Of a DNA stretch of 64,000 nucleotides, positions 29,472-37,861 are shown one piece after another; the first letter of the stretch is position 1, and each line of letters opens with the position of its first letter. Source of the stretch: a virus (lineage: Duplodnaviria > Caudoviricetes). The position numbers and the translations under genes were made by a program. The stretch is from positions 32,001-96,000 of the IMG/VR virus record IMGVR_UViG_2917802685_000001, one strand, 5' to 3'. The notes beneath the pieces were generated by a model. It did no database searches and had not been told where the DNA came from. It worked only from the letters and a program-made list of their open reading frames with translations.

Positions 29472-31954
29472 CCGAGTTCAACGCCGTCGCCCACTTCCGC
29501 CAGGCTGCCTGGTCCGACGAGGAAGGCCTGTCCGACAAGACCCGGGCCGCCGTCGACCGGGCCGAGGGCGACTGGCACACCCACCGGCAGTACCTCGCCG
29601 AAGACCACATGAACAAGCAACTGGACCCGGAGACCAACCGGCTCGCCCACCAGGGCCACGCCCAGCGCACCGCCAACAAGATCACCGACGCCGAGGGCCT
29701 GCCCCCCGTCAAGGTCCTCGTCCACGACTCACCGAACGTCGCCGGGCGCGGCACAGCCCACGACGGCAGCCCGGTCATCGCGCTCGGCGAGAACACCCTG
29801 AAGCACACCACCCTCATCCACGAGCTGACGCACCACATGCGCCAGCCCCACGAGGACGACCCCGACCACAACGCGGGCGGCTTCTACGGCGACTACATCG
29901 GCATGCTGCAGCGCCACCACCCCGACCCCGACGCGTACGTGCACATGATGGACGCCAACAAGCTCGCCGTGGCCCACATGCGCGCCCACCCCGGCAACTT
30001 CCCACCCCGGACCGCGAGTGCGGCCTACGATGCCCCAGAAGGAGGCAGCCATGGATCCGAACGAGCAGGACGAGACGATGGACCCCGAGGTCGAAGCGGA
30101 GATCCTGCAGAGGCACGACACTCCCGGGGAGCGCAGCACGGTCAGCGTGAACGAGCTGCGGCACCGGGCCGCCGTGTCCGCGCAGCAGCAGGCGTAGAGC
30201 GCCACCCCGAGCTGCAGGGCGACCTCGACCGCCTCGGCGGAGGCGCCCGCCACGTCCAGGAGACCATCGACGCCCTGCACCACGGCGGCTCCGGCGGCGC
30301 CGTCACCTACCCGCTCTCGCACCCGCTGGAGGGCTGGCACGCAGCCCTCACCAGCGGCGGCCACCAGGTCGTGCACCGGCACGACGGCGAAACCCTCCAC
30401 GTCGGCTACGCCGGACACAACATCGCCGACGCCGAGCAGCGCCTGGGCGCCAGCAACGGAAACGGCTCCCTGCCGGTGGAGTTCCACAAGGGCGCCGAGA
30501 AAGACTTCGACGGCCTCCACCCCGAGGTCCAGGAGAAGGCCCTCAACACCATCGACCGCCTCGCACGCGGCGAGCAGCACAAGTACGACCACGCCCTCAA
30601 CGGCGGACAATGGGAGAGCGGCGGCTGGCGATCGGCCCGCGCCGACTTCCTGCACCGCGTCACCCACCGCTTCGAGGACGCCGACGGCAACCCCACTCCT
30701 CCCGAGCGCGCGGCCCGGCTGTTCGTCGGCCACATTGGCCCGCACAACTACGGCGACGCCGCCAAGCGCCTCTCCAGCCTGACCGGCTTCTTCCGGCAGG
30801 CCAGCCTGCCGCAGGAGTGGTACCACGGCTCCGGGGCCGTCTTCGACCGCTTCGATCCGAGCAAGGACAAGACCGTCCAGGACGAGAGCGCCGAGCCCAA
30901 GCACTGGAACAGCCACCTCGGCTCCCACTTCTCCAGCGACCACCGCGTCGCCCAGGAGTTCGCCCAGCGCCAGGGCGGCGGCCACGTCTACCACGTCCAG
31001 CTCAACCTGCAGAACCCCAAGCACTACGAGTCCGAGCACGACCTGGACAAGGAAGCTGTCCTGTGGGCTCACCACAACGGCCACGACATGGGGCCGTCGG
31101 TGAGCAAACCGGCCTACCGCGAGCACATCGAGCCGGACGAGTGGCAGTTCTTCCCCAAGTACGACGACCACGGCGACCCCCGGCCGAACACCCAAGAGAT
31201 CGCCCACGGCTTCCGTGACCACCTCAAGGCCCAGGGGCACGACGGCATCACCTACGGCAACGAGTTCGAGGGCGCCCACAACGGCTTCCACGCCGGAGAA
31301 CGGCACCTCAGCGCTATCGCCTTCCACCCTGACCAGGTCACCATCACGCAGCGGCACAGAGGCAACGAGCCCCACACCGCCGCCCTGCAACTGACCGAGG
31401 CCGAAAACCGTCTGCTGCAGCGTCAGGCGGCGGCCGTCGAGAACGGCAGTGGCGTGATGGTTGCGTTCGTCCCGCCGCACGAGGTGGCAGAGCAACTCGC
31501 CCTGCACGGCGGCCAATTGGTCGATGACCTGCACATCACCCTGGCGTACCTGGGCAATGTGGCCGACTACACCAAAGAGCAGCTGACACTGCTGCCGCAA
31601 TTGGTTTCGGCCTGGGCAATGAGGCAAAAGGCAGTTACGATCCACATCGGAGGCGTTGGAACGTTCAACAACGCCTACAAAGACCAGCACGTCCTGTGGG
31701 CGCACCCCGACATACCCGGTGGGGTGCAGATGCACGTCAGCCTGGCTGACTACCTGGAACGGTACGGGTACCGTCTTCCCAGTGAGCACGGCTGGACGGC
31801 CCATATGACGCTGCAATACGTCGACCGGCACAAGCGGTTCATGCCGCAGCTGCCAGAAGTCGGCTGGGAGGCGACCGAGGTGGTCACCTTTGTCGGAGCG
31901 GCTCGCCACGCCGCGCGCCTCGGCCTCCGTCCCAGCACACCCACCACGCTCTAG
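29468..31954 (+). CDS. Polyvalent protein 2: zincin + 2 RelE-like + ART + 2H phosphoesterase (Acb1-like)
   Basis: HELTH; VEFHKGAEKDF..L...IG.H; WYHGS..FDRFD..G.HF..NP..GHDG; HITL/HMTL. Confidence 0.82.
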   Translation: MTEFNAVAHFRQAAWSDEEGLSDKTRAAVDRAEGDWHTHRQYLAEDHMNKQLDPETNRLAHQGHAQRTANKITDAEGLPPVKVLVHDSPNVAGRGTAHDGSPVIALGENTLKHTTLIHELTHHMRQPHEDDPDHNAGGFYGDYIGMLQRHHPDPDAYVHMMDANKLAVAHMRAHPGNFPPRTASAAYDAPEGGSHGSERAGRDDGPRGRSGDPAEARHSRGAQHGQRERAAAPGRRVRAAAGVERHPELQGDLDRLGGGARHVQETIDALHHGGSGGAVTYPLSHPLEGWHAALTSGGHQVVHRHDGETLHVGYAGHNIADAEQRLGASNGNGSLPVEFHKGAEKDFDGLHPEVQEKALNTIDRLARGEQHKYDHALNGGQWESGGWRSARADFLHRVTHRFEDADGNPTPPERAARLFVGHIGPHNYGDAAKRLSSLTGFFRQASLPQEWYHGSGAVFDRFDPSKDKTVQDESAEPKHWNSHLGSHFSSDHRVAQEFAQRQGGGHVYHVQLNLQNPKHYESEHDLDKEAVLWAHHNGHDMGPSVSKPAYREHIEPDEWQFFPKYDDHGDPRPNTQEIAHGFRDHLKAQGHDGITYGNEFEGAHNGFHAGERHLSAIAFHPDQVTITQRHRGNEPHTAALQLTEAENRLLQRQAAAVENGSGVMVAFVPPHEVAEQLALHGGQLVDDLHITLAYLGNVADYTKEQLTLLPQLVSAWAMRQKAVTIHIGGVGTFNNAYKDQHVLWAHPDIPGGVQMHVSLADYLERYGYRLPSEHGWTAHMTLQYVDRHKRFMPQLPEVGWEATEVVTFVGAARHAARLGLRPSTPTTL
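30051..30197 (+). CDS. Overprinted 48-aa acidic antitoxin-like peptide nested out of frame in polyvalent protein 2
   Basis: AGAAGGAGG RBS 5 nt before ATG; G/C-ending codons in this frame while host frame turns A/T-ending; stop overlaps start of first RelE-like domain. Confidence 0.7.
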   Translation: MDPNEQDETMDPEVEAEILQRHDTPGERSTVSVNELRHRAAVSAQQQA

Positions 31955-31991
31955 AGTCCCGCCAGACCGGAGCAGTCAGGAGAACGCTCAA

Positions 31992-32792
31992 GTGAGCACC
32001 GCCACCACCACCAAGACCATCCCCACTCAGTACCAGAGCGCCATGGACGACGCCGACGCGATGAACTGGGACGTGGTCTGCAGCGACACCAGCGTCAAGC
32101 TCACGCCGCCCAACGCGAAGAAGGGCGACCAGATCGTCCTGCCCCTGACGAAGCCGCTGGCGCCGCCGCAGCTGCGCGTGACGCTCGTCGACAAGGGCTT
32201 CGTCGCGGCGGTGCAGGCGTGGGAGCGCGAGCAGGGCAAGGGCGAGCCGGAGCCGCAGGCCGAGGAGAAGGCCACGGCGGCCACCAAGCCGGAGAAGCCG
32301 GTGCGTGTCTGCAAGTACTGCGAGGAGGACCCGGAGGTCAAGAAGCCCTTCTCCACCACGCACCCCCCGGCGCTGGGCGTCCACCAGCGCCACAAGCACG
32401 GCATCATGGGCGCCAGCTCCGAGGCCATCCGCAAGCGGGGGGAGACGGCCGCGAAGAAGGCCGCGAAGAAGGCTCCGGCGAAGAAGACCACCCCGGCGAA
32501 GAAGGCCGCTGCCGTCACCGCCCCGGTGCCCGCCCCCCGCGCGGCCGAGCCGGTGAAGAAGCAGGAGCCGCTGGTCAACGTCTCCGGCCTGCCCGTCTCG
32601 GTGGCCGCGCCGCTCGGCGAGCTGCTCAACGCCATCAGCGCCACGAGCGGCGACGCGGCCGACCTGCAGAAGGAGGTCGGGACGCTGCGCGACTTCCGCG
32701 ACAAGGTCGACACCCTGGTCCACGACGGCAACCAGACCCCGCTCAAGGCTCTGGCCGCCATCCAGGACCTCGTCCAGGAGACCAAGAAGTAG
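31992..32792 (+). CDS. C2H2 finger + histone-H1-like AKK repeat protein
   Basis: CKYC...LGVHQRHKH; AAKKAAKKAPAKKTTPAKKA; AGGAG RBS. Confidence 0.75.
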   Translation: MSTATTTKTIPTQYQSAMDDADAMNWDVVCSDTSVKLTPPNAKKGDQIVLPLTKPLAPPQLRVTLVDKGFVAAVQAWEREQGKGEPEPQAEEKATAATKPEKPVRVCKYCEEDPEVKKPFSTTHPPALGVHQRHKHGIMGASSEAIRKRGETAAKKAAKKAPAKKTTPAKKAAAVTAPVPAPRAAEPVKKQEPLVNVSGLPVSVAAPLGELLNAISATSGDAADLQKEVGTLRDFRDKVDTLVHDGNQTPLKALAAIQDLVQETKK

Positions 32793-32821
32793 CTCCTGAC
32801 CTGCGCAGAACACCCTCATTC

Positions 32822-32855
32822 TTGCAACGCATCGAGTGTTGCTATAGAGTGGGGG
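32822..32855 (+). promoter_or_regulatory. Conserved promoter/operator copy 1
   Basis: TTGCAA c GCATC-GAGT-GTTGC ta TAGAGT GGG. Confidence 0.7.
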
Positions 32856-32893
32856 TGTTCCGTTTGACCGCCGCAAACAGGAGGAGGCGTCCC

Positions 32894-33415
32894 ATGCCCG
32901 CCGCCAGCACGACGCGCCCCCAGGGTGGACGCAGGACGAGCGACCCCGACCCGTTCAACGTCGACATGACCGAGGTCCCCATGACCCCGGCCATGATCGC
33001 CCTCCACGAGGTGGGCAAGCTCCGCGCCCGCATCCTGGAGGTGGACCACTACCTCGAAGAACTCGTCCTCGACGGCACGGAACTCACCCTCGCCGAGGGC
33101 CAGACCGCCACCCACACCATGCGCGCCCAGGGCCGAGGGTTCAAGTGGCGCATGCAGCTCAACCGCCTCCTCAAGGGCAAGCGCGGCATCGACCCGGCCA
33201 AACTGAACTGGCGCCACCGCACCAGGGACCTGGAGCCCGAAGAGGTCCCCGCATACATGAGCGAGGAAGTCCTGGCGGCCATGCGCGACCTCGTCGAGCC
33301 GCTCTACGCGATGATCCAGGACCCCTCCGAGCAGCGCGAAGAGCTGTACCCGGCCATCCACGAGCGCACCAAGCCCGCCATCGAAGGCCACACCATCCAG
33401 GCCAAGGCCAGCTGA
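32894..33415 (+). CDS. Hypothetical protein
   Basis: AGGAGGAGG RBS; behind promoter copy 1. Confidence 0.75.
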   Translation: MPAASTTRPQGGRRTSDPDPFNVDMTEVPMTPAMIALHEVGKLRARILEVDHYLEELVLDGTELTLAEGQTATHTMRAQGRGFKWRMQLNRLLKGKRGIDPAKLNWRHRTRDLEPEEVPAYMSEEVLAAMRDLVEPLYAMIQDPSEQREELYPAIHERTKPAIEGHTIQAKAS

Positions 33416-33527
33416 ACGAAACAGCGCCCCCGGCAAGGTCCCTGTTCCGGACCCCATCGGAGGCGCTGTAGTGACACGACCGTCGCCCCGGATTTCCCGC
33501 CTAAAGGAACACAGAGCACGAGGGAAC

Positions 33528-34556
33528 ATGTCTGCCAACCAGCCTACCGTGACCAAAGCCGTGGTGTCCTACACCGGGACCACCTGGAGAACTCGCGCCG
33601 CCCAGGCCGACTGGGACAGGCTCATCACCGACGGAATGATCTACCTCATCGCCATCGGGGGTTTCTACGTCGGCTATCAGACCCTCTACGCCATGGCGCT
33701 CAAGGTCGGCATGCCCGCCGACCAGGCCGCCGTCGTCTCCGCCATCGCCGACATGGCGATCCTTGCCTACTCCCGCAAGGCCGTCCAGGAGATCAAGGAA
33801 GGCCGCTCCGCCTGGGGCATCCGGACCATCGTCGCCGCCGCCTCCCTGGCCACCTTCTCCCTGCAGCTGCGCGCCGCCTGGCCCCACCCCACCAGCCTCG
33901 GCTTCCACGGCCTCGCCCCGGCCGCCTGGATCCTCGGCCACGAGATGATGCTGCGGGGTCGCCTGCGCACCGCCAAGGCCGCCCGCCGCGCCGCCCAGAT
34001 TGCCGCCGGACTCCGTCCCGCCCCGCTCCCGGCCATCCGCCCGGCCTGGTGGCTGCTGGCCCCCTTCAGCACCTTCACCGTCTGGCGCCTGGTGAAGCTG
34101 TGGGAGAAGTCCCAGGACTACGTCATCCGCATCGAGGCCGCCCGCCGCAAGGACAAGGGCAAGAACGTCCCCCGCGCCTGGGAGGGCTACCTGCTCACCA
34201 CCCAGACCCCGGCCGCCGCGTCCGCGCTGGTGCTCCACGAGATCTGCACTGCCTTCTTCACCCCCGAGGACCTCTTCCCCGAGCCGGGATGGGTCCCTCC
34301 GGTCACGTCCACCCTGTACCGGGAGTCCGACCCCGCCGAGAAGGTCCCGTCCTCCGAGGTCGACGCCCTCCTGCGCATGCTCCCGGAAGCCCCGGCCAAG
34401 GGCCGCCCCGAGGACAAGGCGATCGAGTACATCCGCCGCGTCGAGAACCTCGCCGCGCAGCGCGACATCAAGATCACCGGCGTCTTCCTCGCCGAACTCC
34501 TGCAGGTCGACGGCACCCGCATCTCCAAGCTCCGCAAGATCATGACCACCCCCTGA
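33528..34556 (+). CDS. DUF2637-family membrane protein (plasmid/AICE spread-like)
   Basis: Four TM segments (..GF..GY..L...A...G......D..IL), WWLLAPFST..VWR motif, C-terminal HTH-like. Confidence 0.65.
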   Translation: MSANQPTVTKAVVSYTGTTWRTRAAQADWDRLITDGMIYLIAIGGFYVGYQTLYAMALKVGMPADQAAVVSAIADMAILAYSRKAVQEIKEGRSAWGIRTIVAAASLATFSLQLRAAWPHPTSLGFHGLAPAAWILGHEMMLRGRLRTAKAARRAAQIAAGLRPAPLPAIRPAWWLLAPFSTFTVWRLVKLWEKSQDYVIRIEAARRKDKGKNVPRAWEGYLLTTQTPAAASALVLHEICTAFFTPEDLFPEPGWVPPVTSTLYRESDPAEKVPSSEVDALLRMLPEAPAKGRPEDKAIEYIRRVENLAAQRDIKITGVFLAELLQVDGTRISKLRKIMTTP

Positions 34557-34575
34557 TAGGCCGATAGAGTGAACC

Positions 34576-34617
34576 AGCAGGGCCCGGATGAGCGTGACGG
34601 CTCATCCGGGCCCTGCT
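34576..34617. terminator. Bidirectional terminator
   Basis: 18-bp perfect stem between convergent genes. Confidence 0.85.
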
Positions 34618-34623
34618 CTCGTC

Positions 34624-34974
34624 TCAGTAGCTGTACAGGGCCCGGTCCGAGGAGTACAGGTCGTCGGCCACCGTGGCGAGCAGATCATCGCTACGCCCCT
34701 GGTCGCACGCGCTGCTCAGACCGGCCTCGAAGTCCTTGATGGTGCTCGTCGCGGGCGCCCGATCCCCCTCGGTGCCGTCCGTGCCCTTGGCGTTGGTCAG
34801 CAGCTCCTTGGCCGCGTCCCACCGCTGACTGTCACTCAGGTCACCGGCCCAGTCCGAGCACGACTGCGCCCCGTACGGAGCCGACGAGCCCTTGTCATCA
34901 CCGGAGCCGCTGGAACACCCGCTGGCCGCCAGCACCACGGCGACCGCCCCCAGCAACAGACCCACTCTTCGCAT
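34624..34974 (-). CDS. Lipoprotein
   Basis: MRR + hydrophobic + LAASGC lipobox. Confidence 0.8.
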   Translation of the reverse strand: MRRVGLLLGAVAVVLAASGCSSGSGDDKGSSAPYGAQSCSDWAGDLSDSQRWDAAKELLTNAKGTDGTEGDRAPATSTIKDFEAGLSSACDQGRSDDLLATVADDLYSSDRALYSY

Positions 34975-35028
34975 CAGGTACCCCTCCCGGCCGGGCCTCC
35001 CCGGCCCGGCGCGAGCTATTCAACCGCA

Positions 35029-35877
35029 TCAGGCCCGCTCCAGTTCGCCGAATGGGCTGGGGGAGAGGGCGACCATGTCCGGCTTGATGCCGGGCGGCAG
35101 TTCGGGCGCGTCCGGGTCCGGGCACGCGAGCGCGACCAGCACCGTGGCGTGCAGGATGGTGCGCGGCGTGGTGTTGGAGTCGAGCCGGTTGCCTCCCTGG
35201 CCGCCCCGGCTGCTCACGCGGCTCACCAGCAGCGGCCCCCGGTCCTCGAACGACTGCGGCGGCCGGTGGGTGCGCACCGGCAGATACGCCTTCACGGCTG
35301 CCCGCACCTCGTCGGGGAACGCCAGCGGCCGGGTGCCGCCACCCTTCTGCCAGACGGTCGCGACCAGGCGGTGCTGCTCGAAGGCGAGGTCCTGCACGGT
35401 GAGTTCGATGATCTGCCGGGACCGCAGTCCGGCCAGCATGAGGTACATCAGCAACCGGTCGCGCTCGGGGGTCTTGCCCTCCAGCCGGTCGGCGGCCCAC
35501 CGGATCAGCTCCATCTGCCCCGGCGCGAGGCGCTCGGTGCGGGGGGCGTTCCACGCGCCGGTGCCCATCTTGGGGTGCACCGGTGTGGCCACGGCGTGCC
35601 CGAACTGGATGGCGTAGGCGTAGAACGCGCCGACGGCGGAGACCCGCAGGGCCCGGGTGCGGACCTTGCCGCCCTTCATGTCGAGCCAGGTGACGACGTG
35701 GGAGGGCTGGGCGCGCCAGGCACCGATGTGCACGGTGTCCTCGATGAAGTCGAGCCAGTTCGTGACGTGTTCGGCGTACCGCTCGGTGCTGGTGCCCTGC
35801 AGGAGGCGTCCCTGCTTGCCCCGCCGGTCGGGGTTGGTCTCGTCGAGCCAGGTGGTGAGCACGGTGCGGGCGTCCAT
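35029..35877 (-). CDS. Tyrosine-recombinase-like protein lacking HxxR and catalytic Tyr
   Basis: SAM-like N-domain, ERDRLL..L..AGLRSRQ, QKGG; ends IKPDMVALS.. where HxxR/Y expected. Confidence 0.75.
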   Translation of the reverse strand: MDARTVLTTWLDETNPDRRGKQGRLLQGTSTERYAEHVTNWLDFIEDTVHIGAWRAQPSHVVTWLDMKGGKVRTRALRVSAVGAFYAYAIQFGHAVATPVHPKMGTGAWNAPRTERLAPGQMELIRWAADRLEGKTPERDRLLMYLMLAGLRSRQIIELTVQDLAFEQHRLVATVWQKGGGTRPLAFPDEVRAAVKAYLPVRTHRPPQSFEDRGPLLVSRVSSRGGQGGNRLDSNTTPRTILHATVLVALACPDPDAPELPPGIKPDMVALSPSPFGELERA

Positions 35878-35899
35878 GGCGCACCATCCTGGCACGTGC

Positions 35900-36229
35900 C
35901 TACGACAGCGGGCTGGTGAGTGCGGTGCGGGCCTTGCGGATGGCGGTGGTGGGGTCGGGCCAGCAGAAGAGCCGGTCGACGGTGAGGGCGCCGATTGCGT
36001 CCTGCCAGCCCTCCAGGGTCAGGGCCAGCCCGCCTCCGCGTCCCATCGTGGACACGGCCCATCCCTCCCCGTGGAGCAGGGACTGACGGCGGACGATCAG
36101 GGTCTCTCCTCCGGCGTCGGGGAGGAGGACGCGGTACTCGGTGGCGTCGGCGGCGAGGGCCTGGGCTTCCTGCAGTTCGTGCTGCAGGCGGGCGATCTCG
36201 GCGTGGAGGTCGGCGGGGGAGTCGGGCAT
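35900..36229 (-). CDS. Hypothetical protein
   Basis: Codon bias, co-oriented with recombinase-like gene. Confidence 0.65.
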   Translation of the reverse strand: MPDSPADLHAEIARLQHELQEAQALAADATEYRVLLPDAGGETLIVRRQSLLHGEGWAVSTMGRGGGLALTLEGWQDAIGALTVDRLFCWPDPTTAIRKARTALTSPLS

Positions 36230-36266
36230 GTCGCTCACTCTACGGTCGCGGCGCTCCAGACGGGCA

Positions 36267-36390
36267 TCACTTTATACAAAAGCCCAGCCCTCACCCCGGG
36301 AGCGGGAAGGGCTGGCGTAGTACCGAAAGTGCGGGGCGGCGCCGCGCGCGTGCGGGTTGGAGGGTGGTGTCCGGCTTTTGTATAAAGTGA
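36267..36390. repeat. Perfect 18-bp inverted repeat TCACTTTATACAAAAGCC, 88 bp apart
   Basis: 36267-36284 and 36373-36390 are exact reverse complements. Confidence 0.9.
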
Positions 36391-36537
36391 CCACATCTAC
36401 GTGGAAACGCCGGATGACCTGGGGTGCTGCAGGAGGGTTCGGCGGCTGGCGGGCCGCGTGGCGGATACCCCGATCCTGCCACGGCCGCCACCGCGAAAGC
36501 CAGCAGCGCCGCACCCCGTTTCGCTACGCTCCCCCAC

Positions 36538-36948
36538 ATGCGAAGCACCGAGCCTGACCAGCCCCTGGACCCCGACGACCTCGGCCCCGAACTGCAGGAA
36601 GCCCTGCGCAGGATGAGCGCGCGCGGCGACGGCCCCGTGATCGACCTCGGCACCGGCGCCATCGTCGCCAAGGACGGCCACCTCGTCGGCGACCTCGTCG
36701 CCTGCCGCGAATGCGCCCGAGCCGTCGCCCTCGGCTGGTGGGGCAGCACCGCCCGGCACTGCAGCGACCCGGACTCCCCGGTGTGCCAACTGTGCAGTGA
36801 AGGGGAGGCGACCCTGACGGCCGAGGCATGGTTCGCACTGACACTGCAGCTGACCATCCAGAACACCGCGAGCGGCACCCGGCGCACCTGGCGAGACGAC
36901 GCCATCAAGGGCCTCGGCGCCATCGCCATGCCCGAGCCGCCGGGGTGA
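36538..36948 (+). CDS. Cys-containing hypothetical protein
   Basis: CREC..HC..CQLC; codon bias; start uncertain. Confidence 0.65.
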   Translation: MRSTEPDQPLDPDDLGPELQEALRRMSARGDGPVIDLGTGAIVAKDGHLVGDLVACRECARAVALGWWGSTARHCSDPDSPVCQLCSEGEATLTAEAWFALTLQLTIQNTASGTRRTWRDDAIKGLGAIAMPEPPG

Positions 36949-36976
36949 CACGCAACGATTGGTGCGATAGAGTGGG
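36945..36976 (+). promoter_or_regulatory. Conserved promoter/operator copy 2
   Basis: GTGACA c GCAAC-GATT-GGTGC ga TAGAGT GGG. Confidence 0.75.
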
Positions 36977-36979
36977 CGC

Positions 36980-37312
36980 ATGAAGCCGTTGAGCGAGCCC
37001 GACTACCAGCTGTCCATGCGCACCAGCCCCCGCGCCCGAGCCGACGAGCGCAACCAGGGCTTGCGCTCCCTGCTCGTGCACCGCCTGCGCGACGCCGCCA
37101 AGGCCGTCGTCCGGCTGCCGAACAGGACCAGCATCGCCACCGCCCACTCCGGGCGCTACACCGTCCACTGCGAGACCGACAACATCTGGTTCGGCCTGCC
37201 CGACTGGGGCGAGGAGATCGAGTGCCCCGGCGAGTGCGGCCAGATCTTCGCCCTGGAGTTCGCCGTCTTCTCCGCCGTCCCCGCCCCGGCCGCCGGAGCC
37301 GCCGAGGGCTGA
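36980..37312 (+). CDS. Hypothetical Zn-ribbon protein, probably leaderless
   Basis: ATG 7 nt after -10 box; IECPGECG. Confidence 0.6.
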   Translation: MKPLSEPDYQLSMRTSPRARADERNQGLRSLLVHRLRDAAKAVVRLPNRTSIATAHSGRYTVHCETDNIWFGLPDWGEEIECPGECGQIFALEFAVFSAVPAPAAGAAEG

Positions 37313-37475
37313 CATGACGGTCCCGCCGGGCAACTCCGGGGCGGGGGAGGGGAGAAGTCGGCGGGACCTGGGAAGCGTGTACCCGGGTCCCGCCTCTTCA
37401 TGCACACGCGAAAGACCCCGCCCATGCGCCACGGGGATGAGACGCAGGAGCGGGGCCGTATCGGGGCGCTGCGGG

Positions 37476-37856
37476 CTAGCGCCGCGCGGTGGACCGGGCA
37501 GCCCAGGGGAAGCCCTTGGAGCCCTTCAGGCGTGCCTCCATCAGGCGGTCCCAGTAGCCGTGGGGCCTGCCCAGGCGGTCGGCCAGGTCCTCCAGCTGGT
37601 TGGCCTCGATGTAGCGCTTGCACCGGGCGCACGCGTACCACTGCTGGGCGTGGTGGGGGACCTCGATCTCGATGCCGTCCGCCGGGTTCACCCGGGGGAA
37701 CGTGACGTGGCCAACCGGGTAGGCCCAGACCATCTCATCGTCGCTGCACCAGTTGCAGCCCCTGGGAGGCCAGCTCATCGGGAACTTCGCGATCAGAGGG
37801 TGGTACTTACGGGCGGGGGACGGGTCCATGGCCCGACGATACCGGCTGAGAGTCAT
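37476..37856 (-). CDS. CxxC..CxxC hypothetical protein downstream of ATP-grasp gene
   Basis: CNWC...WYACARC. Confidence 0.65.
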   Translation of the reverse strand: MTLSRYRRAMDPSPARKYHPLIAKFPMSWPPRGCNWCSDDEMVWAYPVGHVTFPRVNPADGIEIEVPHHAQQWYACARCKRYIEANQLEDLADRLGRPHGYWDRLMEARLKGSKGFPWAARSTARR

Positions 37857-37861
37857 CTGCT

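Noticed and set aside
34565-34571. Thirteenth promoter copy (TAGAGTG)
   Set aside because: No operator palindrome or -35; runs straight into a terminator
36267-36284. dif site or lambda att core (contains TTTATAC / TGTATA)
   Set aside because: Only the central bases match; XerC/XerD or Int arms absent
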